A DNA stretch of 64,000 nucleotides. Source: Hyphomicrobium sp. Its GTDB lineage: Bacteria > Pseudomonadota > Alphaproteobacteria > Rhizobiales > Hyphomicrobiaceae. The stretch is from assembly GCA_046160845.1 (NCBI GenBank), contig JBJXHD010000006.1, forward strand, positions 15,174 to 79,173, read 5' to 3'. Within the stretch, counting starts at the first letter, position 1, and each line of letters opens with the position of its first letter. The position numbers and the translations under genes were made by a program. Of this stretch, positions 1 to 9,782 are shown piece after piece. The notes under the pieces are model-generated. The model worked only from the letters and a program-made list of their open reading frames with translations, was not told the DNA's origin and did not search any database.

Positions 1-287
1 GCGCTGAAAACCTCGGGATCGGTCTCCGAGAGATGCGATTTGAAGAAGCGCGACGTCTGCGTGTTGGCGGCGGCCGGTGCGGTCGACATGCTGTCGTTTC
101 CTCTGGTTTCGTTGGATTTTATGGTTTCAACGCATGGTACAGCGTTAAGGCGCCGACCGCGCGGAACTCCAATCATTGTAGAAGTCTGAGCTTCTGCGCT
201 CAACACCCAATAGGGTAGCCGACGCCGCGTAAAATGGGCGCGGAATGCCTACTCAAGCGGCTCTTACGCCGACGCAGCGACGGCCGA

Positions 288-1520
288 TCACTCGGCGGCT
301 TGTCGCAGGCTCTCCATCATCGCGAGGGGGCACTGCGACCACAGTTCCGTCAGCGCGCTGACGAGGTGATCCATGTCGGCGTCGGAATGCTGCGGCGAGG
401 GCGTCAAACGCAGTCGCTCCGTGCCGCGCCGCACGGTCGGATAGTTGATGGGCTGCACATAGATTCCGTGCGAATTGAGCAGCATATCCGAAAGCGCCTT
501 GCAGCGCACGGGGTCGGAGACCAGCACCGGCACGATGTGGCTTGGTCCGGAAATGACTGGAAGCTCGGCGGCGGTGAGGCGGCGTTTTAAGGTCCGCGCG
601 CGCTCCTGATGACGCTCACGCTCCATGGAGCTCGACTTCAAATGCCGGATCGAAGCGAGCGCGCCCGCGGCGATGACCGGCGCCAAGGACGTCGTGAAAA
701 TGAACCCCGGCGCATACGATCGCACCGCGTCGCACAGTGTTCTCGACGCGGCGATATAGCCGCCCATCACGCCGTAGCCCTTGGCGAGCGTGCCGTTGAT
801 CACGTCGACGCGATCCATTACGCCGTCGCGCTCTGCGATGCCGCCGCCGCGCGGGCCGTAGAGGCCGACGGCATGGACTTCATCGAGATAGGTCAGCGCA
901 TTGTATTTTTTCGCCAACGCACAGATGGCGGCGATCGGCGCCACGTGCCCATCCATCGAGTACACGCTTTCGAAGGCGATAATCTTCGGCGTCTCGCGCG
1001 GCAGCGATTTCAGTTTCGTTTCGAGGTCGCCGAGATCGTTATGCAGGAAGATCTGCTTCGGCCCACGGCCGTTGCGGATGCCGGCGATCATCGAAGCGTG
1101 GTTCTTCTCGTCCGAAAACACGACGCAACCCGGCAGAAGCTGCACGAGCGACGAAAGCGCTGCTTCGTTGGCGACGAAGGCGGAAGTGAACAGCAGCGCC
1201 GATTCCTTGCCGTGCAGATCGGCGAGTTCGGCTTCAAGTTCGACGTGGTAGTGCGTGGTGCCGGAAATGTTGCGCGTGCCGCCGGATCCCGCGCCGACCA
1301 AATCGATCGCCTCGTGCATCGCCGCCGTCACCTTCGGGTGCTGGCCCATGCCGAGATAGTCGTTGGAGCACCACACGGTGATCGGCCGCTGCTCGGCTTC
1401 GCGATAGACGTCGGCAATCGGGAACGCGCCGCGACGGCGCTTCAGATCGGCGAAGATGCGATAGCGCCCCTCGCTTTTGACGGCGTCCACGGCGGCCGCC
1501 AGCTTCTGCTCGTAGGTCAT
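288..1520 (-). CDS. hemA: 5-aminolevulinate synthase (PLP-dependent)
   Basis: Motifs [52 protein letters not shown] (PLP lysine). Start set at MTYEQKL (1520); the ORF track extends to 1547. Confidence 0.96.
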   Translation of the reverse strand: MTYEQKLAAAVDAVKSEGRYRIFADLKRRRGAFPIADVYREAEQRPITVWCSNDYLGMGQHPKVTAAMHEAIDLVGAGSGGTRNISGTTHYHVELEAELADLHGKESALLFTSAFVANEAALSSLVQLLPGCVVFSDEKNHASMIAGIRNGRGPKQIFLHNDLGDLETKLKSLPRETPKIIAFESVYSMDGHVAPIAAICALAKKYNALTYLDEVHAVGLYGPRGGGIAERDGVMDRVDVINGTLAKGYGVMGGYIAASRTLCDAVRSYAPGFIFTTSLAPVIAAGALASIRHLKSSSMERERHQERARTLKRRLTAAELPVISGPSHIVPVLVSDPVRCKALSDMLLNSHGIYVQPINYPTVRRGTERLRLTPSPQHSDADMDHLVSALTELWSQCPLAMMESLRQAAE

Positions 1521-1851
1521 GAAGTGACTTTCACTCCCAAGGCGCACGATCGGCGCACATTTTTTTAAGACTTATATCGCAATGCGCAGATTTTGCGCGT
1601 CGTGCTTTATCGTCGCGCACCCCACCGCGATCATCAGGCCGGCAAGCCGCTTGATGGCTGCCGAATCCGCTATTTTTGCGACGATCGCAGTCCGGCAATG
1701 ATTAGTCCAACCGGTCAAGCCTAATGCCCTGCCGCAGCAAATCGCAAGGTTTCGACCATCGTTAAGATTGGCCGCTTGGGACCTAGAGGGCGCCAAGCGG
1801 CGCACTATCGCGATGGCGCTCAGATGAGCTGCGTTCGAGCAAATCGACGTC

Positions 1852-2334
1852 CTATTTTGACGCGTCCGCCGTAACGATCTTTTCGCGGAAACTCTGGAGC
1901 GCCGTCATAAGCTCGCCCATTTCCTTTTCGGGCACGCCGAATTTGTAAAACGTCTCCTTGCACTCATGCATGATCACGTCGAATTCGCGGTTGGTGATCG
2001 ACAGGTGCGCGTGAGCCTTGTCCATGGGGCGGCCGAAATAGACCTTCGGTCCGCCGGTGTTTTCCATCACCCAGGTCGCGAGAATGAGCTTGAACGCCGC
2101 CTTCTCGTTGAGGTCATGCACGGCTTTCAACGCCGGATTCTGATTGAGCGTCTGATTGACGTAAATCCGATCGACGAGATCGTCGACGGTTGCGGCGATC
2201 CCCTTGTAACCGCCGATGCGGTCGTAAAGCGACTTATCTTCCGCCGAAGCCAATGTCGCAGCGCCTGCCAGCGCGACCGACACGACCATCGCTGCAATGA
2301 TGGAACGTCCAAAGTCAGCCAGATGTTTCCGCAT
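1852..2334 (-). CDS. Group I truncated hemoglobin with N-terminal signal peptide
   Basis: SLYDRIGG, TGGP..Y.GRPMDKAHAHL.IT..EFD (proximal His) typical of trHbN/GlbN; hydrophobic leader ending ASA-EDK. ATG at 2334 with upstream GGAGG. Confidence 0.85.
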   Translation of the reverse strand: MRKHLADFGRSIIAAMVVSVALAGAATLASAEDKSLYDRIGGYKGIAATVDDLVDRIYVNQTLNQNPALKAVHDLNEKAAFKLILATWVMENTGGPKVYFGRPMDKAHAHLSITNREFDVIMHECKETFYKFGVPEKEMGELMTALQSFREKIVTADASK

Positions 2335-2474
2335 GCTCGTTTCCTCCGGTTTTTGTTGTTGGTCCTGGTGTCGGATGTTCTGGAGCGGCGCTGGCGCAAC
2401 ACCCTGCGACGAAAGCCTTTGAAAACGCCTTTCGGTGCTCGCCGCCCGCTGATTGTTGAACCGAATGATAGCAA

Positions 2475-2498
2475 TTGCACAATTTAGTTTTGCACAAT
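2475..2498. promoter_or_regulatory. Direct repeat TTGCACAAT x2, candidate OhrR-type operator upstream of the globin
   Basis: TTGCACAAT at 2475-2483 and 2490-2498 in an AT-rich patch; related ATTGCGCAC at 2579-2587 and ATTGCG..GACAAT at 3184-3199 upstream of the ohrR-like gene. Confidence 0.45.
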
Positions 2499-2672
2499 CT
2501 TTATACGTGCCGGCGAATTGGCGCGCCAGAATGAATCGTCGATCGGCGGAAAACTTTACGTGCGCCGCACCATCGGCGATTGCGCACTGCGCCATCACGA
2601 TCCGAGGCGCGGCTCAAGAACTTGCAACGTCAGAGACTTCGAGAATATTCACCTGAGCCGGACGCGGCCGAT

Positions 2673-3170
2673 CTACTCTGCGGCGTCTACGGCGTCGTCG
2701 GCGTCGAGCTGCGCGACGAGCCCCATCAGATCCGCCCGCAAGGCCAGAATCTGGGCTTCAGGCATGGCGAGTTGGCAGGCAACAAATCGCCGCGCGTCGC
2801 GAGCGTCGACTTTCAAGGCCTCGCCTTTCGGCGCCAGAAACGCCTGCACGACGCGCTCATCCTTGGAACTGCGCTTGCGCCTGACCAACTGCATAGACTC
2901 GAGGCGTTGCAGTAGGGGCGTCAACGTGCCGGAATCGAGACGCAATCTGTTGCCGATTTCGGTGACTGTCAGCCCGTCCTGCTCCCACAGCACAATCAGC
3001 ACGAGGTACTGCGGATAGGTGATGCCCATCGGCTCGAGCTTCTGCCGGTAGGTCTTGGCGATCGCGCGCGTCGCCGCATAGAGCGCGAAACAGAGCTGGT
3101 TCTCGAGCCGCAGGACATCGAAATCTGCATCGGCTGAGGCGGGATAATCAGGCACGCGCCGTTGCTCCAT
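2673..3170 (-). CDS. ohrR: MarR-family redox sensor, OhrR-like
   Basis: LENQLCFALYAA (sensing Cys), GITYPQYLVL, LDSGTLTPLLQRLE, R.RS..DER; a second Cys near the C-terminus (FVACQL). Confidence 0.8.
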   Translation of the reverse strand: MEQRRVPDYPASADADFDVLRLENQLCFALYAATRAIAKTYRQKLEPMGITYPQYLVLIVLWEQDGLTVTEIGNRLRLDSGTLTPLLQRLESMQLVRRKRSSKDERVVQAFLAPKGEALKVDARDARRFVACQLAMPEAQILALRADLMGLVAQLDADDAVDAAE

Positions 3171-3333
3171 CGGTCGTAACTGGATTGCGCTCCGACAATT
3201 GAAGCCGGATGCTTGCGGATAATCAAGCTTTTAGAGCATACGCGAAGCCTGACGCATTAACTTCGAGTCGGGTCCGATGGTTTGGACCCGCGCGACAAAC
3301 GAGCGGAACTCGAGGCCGCACAACCCACGAAAT

Positions 3334-4674
3334 TCAGTACGCCGCGGCGACCTCGCCGACCCCGTCGCGCTGGTAAATATCGCGGCGGAACTGCACCACG
3401 CCGTCGTCCGTCGCCCAGGCCGTCAGATAGACGAAGTGCAGCGCGACCGGCTTTTTGAGGCGCACGTCGAGCCTCTCGCCGGTCTCCCTCATGCGCGAAA
3501 TGCGATGGGGATTCCAGCCAGGCTGGCCGACCAGCAGCCATGCAGCGAGGTGGTCGATGTTATGCACCCGGATGCAGCCCGAACTCGCCGAGCGGAAGTT
3601 GCGCCCGAAAATCCGCTCCGACGGCGTGTCGTGCATGTAGACCGAATGGGCGTTGCCGAAGTTGATCTTCAAAAAGCCGAGTGGATTCTCGCTGCCCGGC
3701 TGTTGGCTGTAAGAGTATGTGCCGGGCTGAACCTTGGTCCAGTCGATCTTGGCGACGTTCACTTTCTTGCCGGCGCCGTCGTAGGCGTCGATGCCGAATT
3801 TCTCGAGAACGTTCTTGCCGTTCGCCTGCATTTCGCGACCACGCGGAATGAGGTCTTCCGAGATCACTGTCGGCGGCAGCCGCCATACGGGATTGAAGTT
3901 CAAATCCGTGATCGACGACGTCAACAACGGCGTCGGCCGGTCCGCCTTGCCGACGACGCCGGCGTACCGCGCGACGATCTCGCCATTCTCGACCGCTTCG
4001 ATCTGCGCCGCCGGAATGTTGACCACGACGTAGCGTTTGCCGACGGACCCTGAAAGCGATTGCAGGCGCGGCAGGTTGGCTTTGAGCTGCTTCAGGCGCG
4101 CATCAGCCGGCACGTTCAACGCGGCGATGGTTCGCTTGTCGGCGATGCCGGTGGGCGTCAGGCCGTTGGAGGCTTGGAAGCGCTTCAGCGCTTTTTCGAG
4201 CGTAAGGTCGAACGTCGTCGAGGAAAAATCGTCGTCCTTGAGATCGCCGGAAGCGGCGAGACGCAGGCGAAGCAGGCGGACCTCCGGGTCGGAAACGCCG
4301 GCCTGCATGAGCGTCTGTTCGCTCGGCTTGCCCTGTGGAACCGACAGCGGAGCCCAGCCGCCCTGCGCGACGATGTCTTCGTAGCGTTTGATCGCCGCCT
4401 TGGTCGGCGCGATGTTGGATTTGGACAGCGTCGTGAAGCCCTTCGGCGGGTTCGACTCCCACTCACGGATGAATTCGCGATCGTAGGACTCGCCCGATGT
4501 CCCTGCTCCGGGGCCAGTAACACCGTACTGAATCGCGGCCATATCGTCGGCGCGAGCGATGGTCGTCGCAGCCATCGGGGCAATGAGCGCAAGCGCCGCG
4601 ACAACAAAAGTCAGCCAGTGGCCGCGCCGAGGGGCAATAGCCAGAACGTCCGAAGTCAGCTTGCGGGGCGACAT
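3334..4674 (-). CDS. L,D-transpeptidase with peptidoglycan-binding domain (YcbB/LdtP-like)
   Basis: PG-binding segment (ALKRFQASNGLTPTGIAD), VVVNIPAA, YMHDTP...SSGCIRV catalytic His/Cys motif; signal-like N-terminus. Start uncertain (4674 chosen). Confidence 0.9.
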   Translation of the reverse strand: MSPRKLTSDVLAIAPRRGHWLTFVVAALALIAPMAATTIARADDMAAIQYGVTGPGAGTSGESYDREFIREWESNPPKGFTTLSKSNIAPTKAAIKRYEDIVAQGGWAPLSVPQGKPSEQTLMQAGVSDPEVRLLRLRLAASGDLKDDDFSSTTFDLTLEKALKRFQASNGLTPTGIADKRTIAALNVPADARLKQLKANLPRLQSLSGSVGKRYVVVNIPAAQIEAVENGEIVARYAGVVGKADRPTPLLTSSITDLNFNPVWRLPPTVISEDLIPRGREMQANGKNVLEKFGIDAYDGAGKKVNVAKIDWTKVQPGTYSYSQQPGSENPLGFLKINFGNAHSVYMHDTPSERIFGRNFRSASSGCIRVHNIDHLAAWLLVGQPGWNPHRISRMRETGERLDVRLKKPVALHFVYLTAWATDDGVVQFRRDIYQRDGVGEVAAAY

Positions 4675-4996
4675 TGTTCGTCTTGCGTCCTTCAGAGTGC
4701 GGGCCATGCGCCCCAAGGGCGCTGACGCATGCGTCACGAACTGTTGGCGATCCGACACGACCGGCACGCACGCCCTCTCGCGGGCGCCACGGCGCACGCT
4801 TTGATCGGCAATCAAAATAAGGCGCTGCGGAGGCAAACGCGAGACTGACCGGGGCGGCGCCCGCCAATATCTGGTTAGCGCGGCATGTCGGCCACAGCGG
4901 CGCTCCTACCGCCCGACAAGCGAATGGTCAACGAAAAGGGCCGCCGCGCGTCACCGCGAGACAGCCCTTTGCAGGGTGTTAGAGTATCGAAGTCGA

Positions 4997-5506
4997 TTAC
5001 AGCCGATAGCGGATCTGGTCGGACCAGAAACGTTCGAGCCGCACCAACGCCCGGTTCAGACCCTTGACGTCTTCGCACGAGATTTCGCCGACAGCCTGCA
5101 CCGAACCCAGTTGGCGATGATAGAGCTTCGATACGATATCGCAGACGTCACGGCCCTTGTCGGTCAGGCTGACTCGCACCGAGCGGCGATCGCTGTCCGA
5201 TCGCTTGTAGTGAATGTAGCCCATATCGACGAGCTTCTTCAGGTTGTAGGAGACATTCGAGCCGAGATAGTAGCCGCGCGTCTTCAATTCACCTGCCGTC
5301 AGTTCGTTTTCGCCGATGTTGTAGATCAGCAGCGCCTGCACGCTGTTGAGCTCCGCCCCGCCCTGGCGATCGAATTCATCCTTGATCACGTCAAGGAGGA
5401 GGCGGTGCAGTCTTTCGATCAGGCGCAGCGCCTGAAGATATTCGGTCCGGAACGTTTCGTCCGGCGCCGGGGCGCGATGGCGCGCCACGTCTAATACTAA
5501 ACTCAT
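4997..5506 (-). CDS. ldtR: MarR-family regulator, LdtR-like
   Basis: LIERLHRLLLDVIKDEF, RGYYLGSNVSYNLKKL, DRRSVRV; directly upstream of the L,D-transpeptidase gene as in rhizobial ldtR-ldtP loci. Confidence 0.8.
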   Translation of the reverse strand: MSLVLDVARHRAPAPDETFRTEYLQALRLIERLHRLLLDVIKDEFDRQGGAELNSVQALLIYNIGENELTAGELKTRGYYLGSNVSYNLKKLVDMGYIHYKRSDSDRRSVRVSLTDKGRDVCDIVSKLYHRQLGSVQAVGEISCEDVKGLNRALVRLERFWSDQIRYRL

Positions 5507-5713
5507 AACCCTGCCTCACATGCACTTTGACGCGCCCCGATTATTCCGGGTTGATAAAATGAGTAACAGAGATGACTAAATGCCGACTGAATAGATATAG
5601 TAAAAGAATAGTTCCACCCGCCTTTGGAAACGGAAAATTAGCGATATCTGGACCCTAACGTGGCGAATGGTGAAAAGTATATTGAGGCTCTCGCTGCAAT
5701 TCGAGCGATTGGC

Positions 5714-6883
5714 CTAGACGCGCGCCGCCTGCATTTCGGGGCGCGACTGCAGCACAAGATCACCGGACGGAACAGGAGCGAAATAGGCTTCAACCATCGC
5801 CTCCGTCACGTAGGAAAGCCGAGCCGGAGACCATTGCGGGCGCGCGTCCTTGTCAATCAGGGCGGCCCTAACTCCTTCATAGAAGTCATGACCTTCAAGG
5901 CACCGCACCGCGAGCCGGTAATCCTGGATCAGGGTTTGGCGCAGATCGAGGGTTCGCGCCGTGCGGATATGCCTATCCGTAATCGCCAGAGATATGGGAG
6001 AGCGCGCTTTTATTACCGCCAAAGCCTTTTCCGCGAATTCCCGGCTCGGGCTTCCCGATTTTTCCAGCGAAGCAATGATTTCGGCCAGCGACTCGCCCGA
6101 AAAATGCTCTTCGATCATCGCCGCGCGAGATTGCAATGGCCCAGAAGATTGCGGCTCGTGCAGACCGTCGAGCAGGGGATCGACAGGCTCGGCGTCGGCC
6201 AGCTGGTCAAGAATATGCGCGAACCGCGTCGCAGGGATGCAATGCGTCGTGAGCTTTAGCCACTGCGCATCGGCGCGGCCGAGGCTGTCCCCCGTCAGAC
6301 CGAGATAGAGTCCGATCGGCCACGGCATCCGGCCGAGGACATGCGCCACGCCGACGTCGGGAAACAACCCGATCGCCGTCTCGGGCATCGCCCATTTGTA
6401 CGCTTCGCCGGCGACCCGGTGGGTGTTGGTGCAGGTGAGTCCGGCGCCCGACCCCATGCAAAGGCCGTCGATCAACGATATCGTCGGCTTCGAAAAACAG
6501 TCGAGCAGCCAGTCCAAGGCGTACTCGGCGCGAAAATAGCCTTTGACCGTTTCTATGTCGGTCTTTGCCTCGGTGACCAGCCGGCGCACGTCGCCCCCGG
6601 CAGAAAACGCCTTGGGGCTCGCCGACGTTAAGGCGACGATATAGACGTCTGGATTGCGGGCGATGCGCGGGATCTCGTCAGCCAGAACGCGACGCATGTC
6701 GTCGTCGAACGCATTCAGCGTCTTGGGCCGGTTGAGTATGAACTGCGCGACGGCGCCGCGGCGGTTGACCTCCACCTTCGGCGACTCGCTCGGCGCATCG
6801 GTCGAGAAGGTCGTCTGTTTCAATTCCGTCACAGGGATGCTCAGCAAATTGAATTCGAAGCGTTCAGATGTGGGTCGCGCCAC
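5714..6883 (-). CDS. Enoyl-CoA hydratase/isomerase family, 3-hydroxyisobutyryl-CoA hydrolase-like
   Basis: LNRPKTLNA, AFSAGGDV, GLCMGSGAGL, AMPETAIGLFPDVG, DFYEGVRAALIDKD. Confidence 0.88.
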   Translation of the reverse strand: MARPTSERFEFNLLSIPVTELKQTTFSTDAPSESPKVEVNRRGAVAQFILNRPKTLNAFDDDMRRVLADEIPRIARNPDVYIVALTSASPKAFSAGGDVRRLVTEAKTDIETVKGYFRAEYALDWLLDCFSKPTISLIDGLCMGSGAGLTCTNTHRVAGEAYKWAMPETAIGLFPDVGVAHVLGRMPWPIGLYLGLTGDSLGRADAQWLKLTTHCIPATRFAHILDQLADAEPVDPLLDGLHEPQSSGPLQSRAAMIEEHFSGESLAEIIASLEKSGSPSREFAEKALAVIKARSPISLAITDRHIRTARTLDLRQTLIQDYRLAVRCLEGHDFYEGVRAALIDKDARPQWSPARLSYVTEAMVEAYFAPVPSGDLVLQSRPEMQAARV

Positions 6884-7065
6884 AAGAACGCCTTCCTAGA
6901 GCTTGATCCGGGGCCTGTCGCCACAATTTATGCCTATCCAGCGCCAATCTTGCCAAGAAACTCGTGGAGCCGATTCGCCCAGTGTTCAGCCCTTTGCGAG
7001 GGAAAGCCCCTTCGCCGCTCGTCCCCGTCGAGCGACCCCGAAATCTGAAGGTATGGAGACGTCCC

Positions 7066-8541
7066 GTGGCGCGATGGCCGGGCGCGAATGGGCTGTTGTT
7101 CGCCGCCCTGCTTTCCGCAGCTGGCGTGTCGATTGCGGCAAAAGCCGGCGAAAAGTCCGCAACGACGACGGACAAAATTGTCGACGAAGTCGTCGTCCAG
7201 CCGGGCAAGGCCATCGTCAAGGCCGCGAAGTCGGCGATCGACGAACTCACCCCCGACAACGGCAAGAAAAAATCCAAGACATTGAAATCCAAATCTCCGG
7301 GCAAGGACGCTCCGACCGCAACCACCGCGCAAAAAAAGCCCGAAGCGGCGCCTGCCGCGGACCAGAAGGCGCCGGTGAACGTCAAAGATCAAAAGCCGGA
7401 TGCTGATAAGGCGCCAGTGGCCATCGAAACGAAAGGCGGCGCCAATACTCCCGCCGCAACGTCCAAGATCCCGCCGTCGTTCCCGAAAACACTCGAAGAC
7501 GCCAAGGCCGAAGCCGACGCCGCTAAAAAACCGCCCCCTGCTTGGACGCCTGAAGAAATCACTGCCGCCAAAGATCGCTGCACGGCGATCCTCGAGCGCA
7601 TCAACGCGGTCGCTATTCCGGAACCGCCGCTGCGCGAAGGCGCCTGCGGCGCGCCGGCGCCGATCCAACTCGTCAGCATCGGCAAGGCGCCGGAGATCGC
7701 CATTTCACCACCCGCCCTGATGACCTGCGAACTAGCCGAGGCGCTCGAGACCTGGATGAAAAACGACATCCAGCCTCTGGCCCGCAAACATCTCGGCGCC
7801 GACGTCATCAAGATCGAGACCATGAGTTCCTATTCGTGCCGCAACGCCTATGGCCGCGTCGGCGGCAAGCTCAGCGAACATGGGCTCGCCAACGCGCTTG
7901 ATATCCGCGGTTTCGTGACGTCGTCGGCGAAAACGGCCTACGTGCTCGAAGACTGGGGCGTCACCCAGCGCGAAATCAACGCCAAGATCGCGGCGGCGAA
8001 GGCAGCCGCGGAAAAAGCCGAGGCCGATCGCTTGGCTGCTGAAAAGGCCGCGCAGGAGAATTTGAAGGCTGAAAAAGGCGGGCCCGCGGCCGCGCCGCCC
8101 GCCGCGGCGGCCGTGACGTCGGGCGCGCCAGCAGGTGGGGTCGCGCGAAATACGATCGTCGACGGCGTCCCCAAACTCACCGTAACCGTTCCGGGCGCCG
8201 CGCCCAAGCGCGGCGACGCGCCAGCGCTCTCGGTCACCGAGCCAAACCATCTCGGCGGGCTCGATGCCAAAAAGTCCAAAGCCAAGGTCAAATCCATTGC
8301 GCCCGAGTCGATAGGAGCGGCGCCCGCCCCGATCAAGGTCGCCGGCGTGCAGATCAACATCGCGATTCCGATGGCCCCGCCGCCGCCGACTGCAAAGGGC
8401 GATTTCCTCCACAAGGCGCACGCCGCCGCCTGCCGGATTTTCGGCACCACGCTCGGCCCCGAAGCCAACGCCGCCCACCGCAATCACTTCCACGTCGACA
8501 TGGCGCAGCGGAAAGTCGCAACCACAAAAATCTGCGATTAA
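7066..8541 (+). CDS. Exported extensin-like C-terminal domain protein (peptidase M15-like fold) with low-complexity regions
   Basis: SYSCRNAYG, SEHGLANALDI and HRNHFHVD motifs; GTG at 7066 after GGAG gives a signal peptide (ORF track start 6964). Confidence 0.78.
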   Translation: MARWPGANGLLFAALLSAAGVSIAAKAGEKSATTTDKIVDEVVVQPGKAIVKAAKSAIDELTPDNGKKKSKTLKSKSPGKDAPTATTAQKKPEAAPAADQKAPVNVKDQKPDADKAPVAIETKGGANTPAATSKIPPSFPKTLEDAKAEADAAKKPPPAWTPEEITAAKDRCTAILERINAVAIPEPPLREGACGAPAPIQLVSIGKAPEIAISPPALMTCELAEALETWMKNDIQPLARKHLGADVIKIETMSSYSCRNAYGRVGGKLSEHGLANALDIRGFVTSSAKTAYVLEDWGVTQREINAKIAAAKAAAEKAEADRLAAEKAAQENLKAEKGGPAAAPPAAAAVTSGAPAGGVARNTIVDGVPKLTVTVPGAAPKRGDAPALSVTEPNHLGGLDAKKSKAKVKSIAPESIGAAPAPIKVAGVQINIAIPMAPPPPTAKGDFLHKAHAAACRIFGTTLGPEANAAHRNHFHVDMAQRKVATTKICD

Positions 8542-9690
<1,149 letters not shown>

Positions 9691-9782
9691 TCGGCCATAG
9701 ACGTCAGCCACGTCGGTTGTTTCGCCGCCGACAGACTTCGCTATACTCGCCAGTGTCCTGCAGGGGTGGGTTCGAGGTCGAC

